In this document: piece by piece, positions 20,238-28,017 of the stretch
Layout: every line of letters begins with the position of its first letter
How positions within the stretch are numbered: position 1 is the stretch's first letter
Assembly: GCA_041917295.1 (NCBI GenBank)
Contig: JAYRXX010000063.1
Location: forward strand, 21,583 to 85,582
Reading direction: 5' to 3'
DNA from: Elusimicrobiota bacterium
GTDB taxonomy: Bacteria; Elusimicrobiota; Elusimicrobia; FEN-1173
DNA: 64,000 nucleotides
Translations under genes and position numbers: made by a program
The notes under the pieces: model-generated
Database searches by the model: none
Seen by the model: only the letters and a program-made list of their open reading frames with translations
What the model was told of the DNA's origin: nothing

Positions 20238-22074
20238 CAAAATCAACCACCACCACGTACACTCCGGGCCGAACCCGTTCTCCGGCGTCGTTTCGCCCGT
20301 CCCAACGAACGGTCAGTAGTCCCTGGCCATCCAGCGCATTCAATTGCCGAACTTTCCGCCCGTTCCGTTCAAACACCGATGCCCGAATGGGGCCCATTTC
20401 CACCCGGCAATCCAATTCCACATCCGGTTGCGATCCGGACATCCGGTTGGTCACCGCCCGCAAGCGGGGCCCATCCGAGGAAACAGTAAGCGCGGCTGAA
20501 ACCGGCGCGCTTTCGCGGCCATCGCGGGTTCGATAAACGACCGTCACGCTTTTGGGCGCCGGATTTGATGTGAACCGGACAGATCGTTGAGATTGAAACG
20601 GGATCCACGCACCCGCCCATTCCTCATCCAAATCGCCGGTCAATTTCATTTCGGCGGGGTTGCCATTAACGGAAAATTCCAGCCGGGCCCGTTTGGCGCC
20701 GGGATCGTGACTCACCACCGAAAGAGACGGATTTTCCAGCGGGAGAAACCCATAAAAGGTGTTGAGGCTTGCCACGATGGGGTTGAGAAAACTGGAAGAC
20801 CAAATAAAAATGTCTTTGATCCCATCGCTGTCCCAATCCGCCGAAAAAATGTTTACTCCGGAAACAAATTCATCCCCCGCTGTTTGGATGCTAAAACGGG
20901 AAGAACCGAGCGGAAACGAAGAGGCCGTGCCGCCTTTGAAAAATTCAAAGAGGGTGGTGCCGCCGGCCGTCATGGCCGCGGGATCGTCTTTGGTGTCCCC
21001 GTCCACATCGGAAAACAAACGGAGGGATTGGTTGTTGCCGGTTTGCATAACCAACGTCGGGGACAACGCGGACAAAGCGATGGTGCCGGTTCCGATATTG
21101 AGACTAAAACCGTCTACCCACCACCAGGTGGCGGGGGTCCCACTTTGGCGAAGAATCAGATCCACCATCCCATCTTCGTTTTGGTCCGTCACGAATCCCG
21201 GAGTTAGGGAAACGCCGACCTGCCCGCTGGTTACTTTTAAGACTTCCGTGGACCCGGCCCAATCCCATCCCATGCGAGGGGCGGCGGTTCCGTAAACAAT
21301 CGTCACGTTGTCTTGGTTCCCAAACAACAGATCGTCCCGCCCGTCGCGGTTGACATCCATGACCGTTGACCCCATCTCGCGAACGCCCGCCAGCCATCGT
21401 TGGGCGTTTGCGGGATCGGTCGGATCGATGGTTTCCGGTAAATCCTCTTTTCCAAAAACAATAAGGGTTTCCATATCACCGGAAATGGACGGCCACGTTA
21501 AAACCAAATCATCCCGATCGTCCCCGTTCACATCGGCGGAGGTCATTCCGATACGGGACAAGAAACTCCCCTGGGGAGAGGGCGACAGAGGGACGGTCCA
21601 ATCCGCCTCAAGGCGCGTCGAATCGTCCGTCCACACCGGCCGCCCCCGTAACACCCGAACAGCCGAGGATCCATAAAAAACAAGGTCTTGCCGTCCGTCT
21701 TTATTGAGATCAATGGTTCCCAGAAGCACTTCGTCCGGGTTTAAGAAAAACCGAAAAGGATTGTTGGAGAGCGCCTGGGAAGGACTCCCCGAACGGGTTC
21801 CATTTCCTTGGCCCAATATCACATTGGGCGCCAGTACGCTGTCGCCGCGAAACGCCACGATCAAATCAGGATGATCGTCCCCCATCACATCGGCCACCTG
21901 AACAGAATCGACGGTGGCCATCAGGGTAGCCCGGTCGTCCTGGTCCCCCCCCGCGCCCACAACGTAATGGGGAAACACCCCCGCCCCGGCAGGGAAAGAC
22001 CACATAAGAAAGGCACAGGACACCCATTCCAACGGTTTCAATGAATCCTCCCCCGACCTTCTTCTCGCGCCCAT
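20200..22074 (-). CDS. paralogous secreted FG-GAP/VCBS-repeat protein with C-terminal FlgD-Ig-like domain
   Basis: Same architecture as its neighbour (DLNKDGRQD, DVNGDDRDDLV, DVNRDGRDDLL, DWDSDGIKDIF; C-terminus ...LTVRWDGRNDAGERVRPGVYVVVVDFDG...). The ORF track extends to 22170. The start at 22074 has a GGGGG RBS and leaves the upstream promoter intergenic. Confidence 0.65.
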   Translation of the reverse strand: MGARRRSGEDSLKPLEWVSCAFLMWSFPAGAGVFPHYVVGAGGDQDDRATLMATVDSVQVADVMGDDHPDLIVAFRGDSVLAPNVILGQGNGTRSGSPSQALSNNPFRFFLNPDEVLLGTIDLNKDGRQDLVFYGSSAVRVLRGRPVWTDDSTRLEADWTVPLSPSPQGSFLSRIGMTSADVNGDDRDDLVLTWPSISGDMETLIVFGKEDLPETIDPTDPANAQRWLAGVREMGSTVMDVNRDGRDDLLFGNQDNVTIVYGTAAPRMGWDWAGSTEVLKVTSGQVGVSLTPGFVTDQNEDGMVDLILRQSGTPATWWWVDGFSLNIGTGTIALSALSPTLVMQTGNNQSLRLFSDVDGDTKDDPAAMTAGGTTLFEFFKGGTASSFPLGSSRFSIQTAGDEFVSGVNIFSADWDSDGIKDIFIWSSSFLNPIVASLNTFYGFLPLENPSLSVVSHDPGAKRARLEFSVNGNPAEMKLTGDLDEEWAGAWIPFQSQRSVRFTSNPAPKSVTVVYRTRDGRESAPVSAALTVSSDGPRLRAVTNRMSGSQPDVELDCRVEMGPIRASVFERNGRKVRQLNALDGQGLLTVRWDGRNDAGERVRPGVYVVVVDFDGRQEKVNVLLE

Positions 22075-22158
22075 AAGCATACCCCCGAATAACCCAATTG
22101 AAAACCCCCCGACCCGCACGCAAAGGGGACATGGTTGACCAATTGGTTTTTCCAATAT

Positions 22159-22188
22159 TTGACATCCCATTACAAGCCAATGTAGAAT
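22159..22188 (+). promoter_or_regulatory. strong sigma70-like promoter oriented toward amtB
   Basis: Perfect -35 TTGACA (22159-22164), 18-nt spacer, -10 TAGAAT (22183-22188). Confidence 0.4.
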
Positions 22189-22317
22189 TCATCTCCCGGC
22201 ACGGTGTTGTGCCCGGTTGCGTAAAATTCAGACCCCGTTTTCAGAGACACCGACGTCTCGACGCGCGGCGACGACCGTGCGCGGGGCGTCTTTTATTTTC
22301 CGGAGGTCAATGTCGAC

Positions 22318-23649
22318 ATGAAACCCTTGAAACGCTGTTTGGCTGTCCTGGCCGCTCTTGGCGCGCCCGCTCTTTGGGCGGAAACAATCGCTGAAACTGT
22401 TCCGCCGCCCGCGGCGTCCGTCAATTCGGGCGACACCGCGTGGGTGCTGGTGTCCGCCGCGTTGGTCCTGATGATGACGCCCGCTCTGGCTTTCTTTTAC
22501 GGGGGCCTTGTGCGGCGAAAAAACATGCTTTCCGTTCTCATGCAATGTTTCGCCGTCATGGGTTTGGTCACCGTTCAATGGGTTTTCGTGGGATACAGCC
22601 TGTCGTTTGGCCCCACGATCGGCGGATGGATCGGCAATCTGCAATGGTTGGGCCTCAACGGGGTCGGCACGCAACCCAACCCCGACTACGCGGCCACCAT
22701 CCCCCACCAAGCGTTTATGATCTACCAATGCATGTTTGCGGTCATCACGCCGGCGCTCATCCTGGGAGCCTTCGCCGAACGAATGAAATTTTCAGCCTAT
22801 GTCCTTTTTTCGCTTTTGTGGACCACGGTGGTCTATGATCCCGTGGCCCATTGGGTGTGGGGCGTGGGCGGGTTCCTGCGCCAAACCGGTGCCTTGGATT
22901 TCGCCGGAGGCGCCGTGGTTCACGTGAACGCCGGAATGGCGGCTTTGGCCGCGGCACTGATCTTGGGAAAACGACGGGGGTATCCCACCCGGCTTTCTCC
23001 CCCGCACAATTTGCCGTTTGCCGTTTTGGGAGCGGGCCTGTTGTGGTTCGGCTGGTTTGGGTTTAACGGCGGCAGCGCCCTGGGCTCCGGCAGTCTGGCC
23101 ACCACGGCGTTTGTGTCCACCCACATCGCCGCGGCCACGGCGGGTCTTGTGTGGGCGGTTTTGGACGTTCTGGTCAACCGTCACGCCACCATGCTGGGCA
23201 CCATCACCGGCGCCGTCGCCGGGTTGGTTGCCATCACACCGGCGGCCGGTTTTGTCACGCCCTTGGGCGCCATGGCCATCGGAGTGACGGTCGCTGGCAT
23301 TTGTTTTGGTTCGGTGATGTTCGTGAAAGTGAAGCTGGGCTACGACGATTCTTTGGACGCCTTTGGCGTTCACGGCGTGGGCGGAATTTGGGGCGCCATC
23401 GCCACCGGCCTGTGGGCCACCACGGCCGTCAACCCCGCCGGAGCCAACGGCTTGCTGCACGGCAACCCGGGCCTCCTGTGGATTCAAACCAAGGCGGTTC
23501 TTGTCACAGGCCTCTATTCGTTTGTGGTAAGCGTCGTCCTGTTTAAGCTGGTGGACGTTCTGGTGGGTCTGCGGGTATCCGATCAAGATGAGCGCATCGG
23601 GTTGGACCTCACCCAGCACCGGGAAGCCGCTTATACGGTCATTGACTGA
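22318..23649 (+). CDS. amtB: ammonium transporter (Amt family)
   Basis: Signal peptide MKPLKRCLAVLAALGAPALWA and 11 TM helices with conserved Amt residues. Followed 20 nt later by a P-II gene. Confidence 0.9.
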   Translation: MKPLKRCLAVLAALGAPALWAETIAETVPPPAASVNSGDTAWVLVSAALVLMMTPALAFFYGGLVRRKNMLSVLMQCFAVMGLVTVQWVFVGYSLSFGPTIGGWIGNLQWLGLNGVGTQPNPDYAATIPHQAFMIYQCMFAVITPALILGAFAERMKFSAYVLFSLLWTTVVYDPVAHWVWGVGGFLRQTGALDFAGGAVVHVNAGMAALAAALILGKRRGYPTRLSPPHNLPFAVLGAGLLWFGWFGFNGGSALGSGSLATTAFVSTHIAAATAGLVWAVLDVLVNRHATMLGTITGAVAGLVAITPAAGFVTPLGAMAIGVTVAGICFGSVMFVKVKLGYDDSLDAFGVHGVGGIWGAIATGLWATTAVNPAGANGLLHGNPGLLWIQTKAVLVTGLYSFVVSVVLFKLVDVLVGLRVSDQDERIGLDLTQHREAAYTVID

Positions 23650-23669
23650 TCCAAAGGAGAACTAATTTT

Positions 23670-24011
23670 ATGAAATACATTGTAGCCATCATTCAGCCGG
23701 ACCGTTTGGACGACGTGTTGGACATTTTGGAACAAAAAGAAATTCACCTGGTCACCGTGACTAACGTCATGGGCCGCGGGCGCCAAAAAGGCATCTCTGA
23801 AGTTTACCGAAGCCACAAAGAGGGCGGCAGTCTGCTGAAAAAAGTGAAGGTGGAAGTGGCTGTCAACGAAGAGTATGTTCAGCCCACAGTGGAAGCCATC
23901 CAGGCGGCCGCTCGGACAGGCAACGTGGGGGACGGGAAAATTTTTGTGCTCGACTTGGGCCAAGTTATCCGAATCCGCACCGGCGAAACCGGCCGCATGG
24001 CCATCGGTTAA
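23670..24011 (+). CDS. glnK: nitrogen regulatory protein P-II
   Basis: 113 aa. Conserved B-loop and C-terminus (TGNVGDGKIFVLDLGQVIRIRTGE). T-loop GRGRQKG...Y46 present, but position 51 is Glu, not Tyr. Confidence 0.85.
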   Translation: MKYIVAIIQPDRLDDVLDILEQKEIHLVTVTNVMGRGRQKGISEVYRSHKEGGSLLKKVKVEVAVNEEYVQPTVEAIQAAARTGNVGDGKIFVLDLGQVIRIRTGETGRMAIG

Positions 24012-24096
24012 CCCGAAAAATTCAGTTGACCCCAGTTTATCGCCGACAAGGGCGGGAAAATTCTGTTCGGCATCCTGTCGACGAGAGCCCTGTGCC

Positions 24097-24114
24097 AACC
24101 GGGGAATCCCGGTT
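24097..24114. terminator. hairpin between convergent glnK and the regulator gene
   Basis: AACCGGG-GAAT-CCCGGTT. The T-run is weak. Confidence 0.3.
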
Positions 24115-24129
24115 AACCGCAATTTCAGG

Positions 24130-24714
24130 TTAAGAGAAGGCCCGGGGGAGAAGTTTTTTCACTTCGGATTGGAGCTGGTCGGGACGGAACGGTTTGGCTA
24201 AAAACACGTCCGCGCCCGCGGACAACGATTCCGGCCCGGTCGTGGATGCGTCGTATCCGGAAATGGCCAAAATGGCGATGTCTTTGAGCCGGTCGTCGGC
24301 TCGAACAGATTCGCACACTTTGGCTCCGTCCAGGCCGGGGATGCGAAGGTCCAGTATGACCAAGGTCGGCACCAGCTCCGATATTTTTCGGCCGGCTTCA
24401 AACCCGTCGCCCGCTTCGTGGTATTCCACGTCGGGCAAGATGCGCCGCAAGGTTCGAACCACCAGCTTGCGGATACGGTCTTCGTCGTCCACCACCAAAA
24501 TTCGCACCGGCCCCCGCGGACCCGCCATTTCCGGCGGAACCGGGATGTTGTGCGCCTTTAAAAAAGCCAGCAAGTCTTCGTCCCACACCCGGCGGTGCCC
24601 GCCGCCCGTGGTGAACGACGGCAGAAGGCCGTCCGCGATCCACCGTCCAACGGTCGGGGGCGTCACGTGGCACACGCGGGCAATATCGTGGGTTCCGTAT
24701 GCTTTCGTTTTCAT
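24130..24714 (-). CDS. response regulator with N-terminal MerR/excisionase-type HTH and C-terminal receiver domain
   Basis: HTH HDIARVCHVTPPTVGRWIADGLL, then REC VRILVVDDEDRIRKL...LVILDLRIPGLDG...FLAKPF. Confidence 0.7.
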   Translation of the reverse strand: MKTKAYGTHDIARVCHVTPPTVGRWIADGLLPSFTTGGGHRRVWDEDLLAFLKAHNIPVPPEMAGPRGPVRILVVDDEDRIRKLVVRTLRRILPDVEYHEAGDGFEAGRKISELVPTLVILDLRIPGLDGAKVCESVRADDRLKDIAILAISGYDASTTGPESLSAGADVFLAKPFRPDQLQSEVKKLLPRAFS

Positions 24715-24759
24715 GCCGGGGAATCCTCGACCTCTTTTTATCCCCGGATCGGCCGACTG

Positions 24760-27700
24760 TCAAGGGCTGACAATAACCCGCTGTTGGGCGCGCAAAAAAA
24801 TAACTTCAAAACCGCATTTTTCGCCTAGCGCCGACTCCACCGCTTTGCGATAAGCCGTTCCTTGAGCTTCGTAATTCCGCGCCTGTTCCTCGACGTGTGC
24901 GGCGTCCACCCGGTCGGTTTTGTAATCGGCCACCCACAGGCCCCCGTCCCGACGATAAAGAAGGTCGATGACCCCCCGCACAATCACGTCGCCGTCCGGG
25001 TAAAGAAACGGGGCTTCCCGGGCCAAAATGTCCGCGCGATCAAACGATCGCCCCAGCGGCGACGAAAAATAACCAGACAAAATGACCTTCGCTTCCCGAA
25101 GAACTTCCGGGTCGGATTGGATCTCCGGCCCCAACCGTCGCAGGGCCCGCTCCAACACCGACGCAAGATCGGATTTTCCCCATTCCCACAATTCCAGAAC
25201 CCCGTGGCACAATTGGCCCACCCACGCCGACCGAGCCCCCGCGCCGGGAGACGAATCGTCGGCCCAGACCGCGCGCGCCCGAGGGTGCTCCCCATCAGAG
25301 GGACGGCCGAACAACGGCCGGCCCTGGAGGCGCTGTCCGTTAGCCCGGCGGACCGCCCACAGGTGTTCCAGCTCGCTGGTGAGGAGCGGCGGGCTCGGAC
25401 TTTTTTGTTCGGACCACAACGGAAGCGGGGCGTTTTCGGGGCCGATTTGGCGGGGCACCAGGGCAAGTTGGGATTGGCCCGACAGCATTTCCATAAACGA
25501 TCCCGTGGACGATTTCTCCCCGCCCACCAAAATCACACGCTCCCGGGCCCGGGTGGCGGCCACGTAGAATAACCGGATGGCCTCTTCCTTTTCCCGTCGG
25601 CGTTCGTCGAGATCCATGAACGCCATGGCCAGGTCGGCCCATTTTCGCTTCACCAACCGATGGCCCGCCCGGCCTTCGGCCCAATCCAACCGAAACGCCG
25701 CCGGGCGATGGGCGGCCCCCCGCACAGTCGCGGACAAGTTGGGCAATATCACCACTTTGTATTCCAACCCTTTCGCCTTGTGAACCGTCAACAGGCGGAC
25801 CGCCGCGGTTCGGTCTTCCCCCAGAGGATTTTCGCCCTCTTCCACGCCCCGCCCCACGTCGCCGGCCACCCGTCGAACAAACCCGCCAACCGTTTCGCCC
25901 CGGGTTTCGCCGGCCTCGGCCGCCAACCGGGCCACCTTATGCAGATTGGCCACGGTTTGTTCCCCATGATACGCCGCCGCGCAGGCCGCCACGAACTCCG
26001 TCTGTTCCACCACCCGAGCCGCCAGGGCCCCCAAGGACTCCGTGCGCGCGGCCTGTCTCAAATCCGTGAGCGTTTTAACCAATTCCGCGATTCGGCTGTT
26101 TACCTCCGGCGGAACCGACGGGCCCCCTTCCCAGGAACCGGCGTCGGCCAGGGCCATCACGTATCGGTCTTCCACCATCATCCAAGGTGACCGCAGAAGG
26201 CCCACCCACGACACACGATCATTCGGATCGTCCAACACCCGCAACACATTTAAAAAATCCGTGACTTCCGGCGTGCCATAAAACGCCCGGTCGCTTTCAA
26301 CCCGATAGGGGATTTTGGCGTCTTTTAAGGCCGCCATATAGGCCGACAGCGGCGACGTGGATCGAAACAACAGGGCCACATCCCCCAACCGCCATGGCCG
26401 GCCAGACCCCTCCGGCCCGCACTGGCCGACGATCCACCGGGCGATCCAACGGGCCTCGGCGGCCACACCGCCGTCAACCACGACCAGGTCCACGTCTCCG
26501 CCGGAACCAGGGACCCCAAGAGATGGACGCTCCTCCCCTGCCCTGTCGTTTTCTTCGGGCCGAGGCAACAACGGCAAGTAGGCCGGCTGAAGGCCTTTTT
26601 CTTCACGCATCAAGCCGGAAAACAGCCGGTTGACCGGATCAACGATCCGCTCGTGGGTGCGGAAACTTGTCTGCAAGTCGCATTTGATTCCCCCCTGGGA
26701 AATGACCAAGGACACAAACGCTTCGTAGGCGCGTATGTCCGCTCCCCGGAACCGATAAATCGATTGTTTTGGGTCGCCCACAATGAACAGTTTTCCCGGC
26801 TCTAATTTGACGTCGCTCCACCGATCCGCTGCGGAGTTGGGCCCTTCCGCCAAAAACAGCAACATTTCACCTTGGAGTGGATCGGTGTCTTGAAACTCGT
26901 CCACCATCACGGCGCCGAAACGCTCCTTCAATTCCCGCCGCACCGCCGGATGGCGGGCCAACAGGTCCCGCGCGCCGCGCAACAAATCATCAAAACCCAA
27001 CCACCCCTGGGCCCGATAGTGTCGGCGGCACAGGTCGGCAAACGGCGCCAACAACCGACGAGCGCGAACCAACACCGCTTCCCCTTCCGGCGAAATTCGG
27101 TTGGCCAATTCCCCGGCTTGGGTATAAACGTCGACCCCGGGCAACCCCTTCCATTCACCGGGCCACTTTTTTAACGATTCTTTCCAATCCGACGGTTCCG
27201 AAATCGGACCGTCCGGATCCCGGACCACCTGCTCCACCGCACGCAGGCGTTGGGCGATGGAAGAAATGGACTTTAACATGTCTCCCCGGGCGGGTTTGGG
27301 TTTTCCTTCCGGCAACCGCTCCAGCGCTTCCCGAAGTTCCACCAGCCGATGAAGGAGCGGCGCCGTGTCTGTTTCGCAGGGCGGGTATTTTGACAAGGCC
27401 CGGGCCAACAGACCCAGGTCTCCCACCCCCGCGTGGGCCAACACGTCCCGCCACTGTTGTTCCCGGGGACTATCCAGAACCAATTCCTTTTCCAACCACA
27501 GCGACCATTGCGCCTGAAAAACGTCTTCGAACCCGCTTCCTTTATCCACTTGAAAATGGGGGTTCACCCCCGCTTCCACCGGGTAAAGTTGGATCAATGT
27601 TTTACAAAAGCTGTGGATTGTTCCGATGGGCGCGCGGTCCAGATCGCGCAACGCCTCGTGCGCCATGCGCCGCAACCGATCGTCGTCGGCCCCAAATTCG

Positions 27701-28017
27701 GTTCGCGCTTCGGCCAACCAGAATTTCATCCGCGCCGCCCGCTTGTCCGGAACAGGCAGGTCTTGAAGAACGCGCAACAAATCGTTCAACCGTTCGGCCA
27801 ACCGGATTTTTATTTCCCCCGCGGCTTTCTCCGTGAACGTGAGCGCCACGATGCGGGTGATGGACAACCCCGCCCGGTCCGGACCCCCGGCCAAGAGCAG
27901 GAACATCAACCGGTCTGTTAACAAGGTCGTTTTCCCGGTTCCCGCGCCGGCTTCAACCACGATGTTGGCGTCCAAGATTTTCCGCGCGGTGTCGCGGGAT
28001 TGTTGGTCCGCCGTCAT
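24760..28017 (-). CDS. addA: ATP-dependent helicase/nuclease subunit A (UvrD-family helicase + RecB-type PD-(D/E)XK nuclease)
   Basis: Walker A EAGAGTGKTT in a UvrD/Rep-like N-terminus. The C-terminal nuclease motif GVIDLLYRRDGGLWVADYKTD. 4-nt overlap with the upstream addB-like gene. Confidence 0.8.
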   Translation of the reverse strand: MTADQQSRDTARKILDANIVVEAGAGTGKTTLLTDRLMFLLLAGGPDRAGLSITRIVALTFTEKAAGEIKIRLAERLNDLLRVLQDLPVPDKRAARMKFWLAEARTEFGADDDRLRRMAHEALRDLDRAPIGTIHSFCKTLIQLYPVEAGVNPHFQVDKGSGFEDVFQAQWSLWLEKELVLDSPREQQWRDVLAHAGVGDLGLLARALSKYPPCETDTAPLLHRLVELREALERLPEGKPKPARGDMLKSISSIAQRLRAVEQVVRDPDGPISEPSDWKESLKKWPGEWKGLPGVDVYTQAGELANRISPEGEAVLVRARRLLAPFADLCRRHYRAQGWLGFDDLLRGARDLLARHPAVRRELKERFGAVMVDEFQDTDPLQGEMLLFLAEGPNSAADRWSDVKLEPGKLFIVGDPKQSIYRFRGADIRAYEAFVSLVISQGGIKCDLQTSFRTHERIVDPVNRLFSGLMREEKGLQPAYLPLLPRPEENDRAGEERPSLGVPGSGGDVDLVVVDGGVAAEARWIARWIVGQCGPEGSGRPWRLGDVALLFRSTSPLSAYMAALKDAKIPYRVESDRAFYGTPEVTDFLNVLRVLDDPNDRVSWVGLLRSPWMMVEDRYVMALADAGSWEGGPSVPPEVNSRIAELVKTLTDLRQAARTESLGALAARVVEQTEFVAACAAAYHGEQTVANLHKVARLAAEAGETRGETVGGFVRRVAGDVGRGVEEGENPLGEDRTAAVRLLTVHKAKGLEYKVVILPNLSATVRGAAHRPAAFRLDWAEGRAGHRLVKRKWADLAMAFMDLDERRREKEEAIRLFYVAATRARERVILVGGEKSSTGSFMEMLSGQSQLALVPRQIGPENAPLPLWSEQKSPSPPLLTSELEHLWAVRRANGQRLQGRPLFGRPSDGEHPRARAVWADDSSPGAGARSAWVGQLCHGVLELWEWGKSDLASVLERALRRLGPEIQSDPEVLREAKVILSGYFSSPLGRSFDRADILAREAPFLYPDGDVIVRGVIDLLYRRDGGLWVADYKTDRVDAAHVEEQARNYEAQGTAYRKAVESALGEKCGFEVIFLRAQQRVIVSP

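Noticed and set aside
22181-22215. Possible sigma54 (-24/-12) promoter upstream of amtB (cGGCACGgtgtTGTGC)
   Set aside because: GG/GC spacing and the -12 element do not fit TGGCAC-N5-TTGC. A good sigma70 promoter is present instead.
22792-23619. 275-aa minus-strand ORF antisense to amtB
   Set aside because: Gly/Arg-rich nonsense. amtB has full Amt topology on the plus strand.
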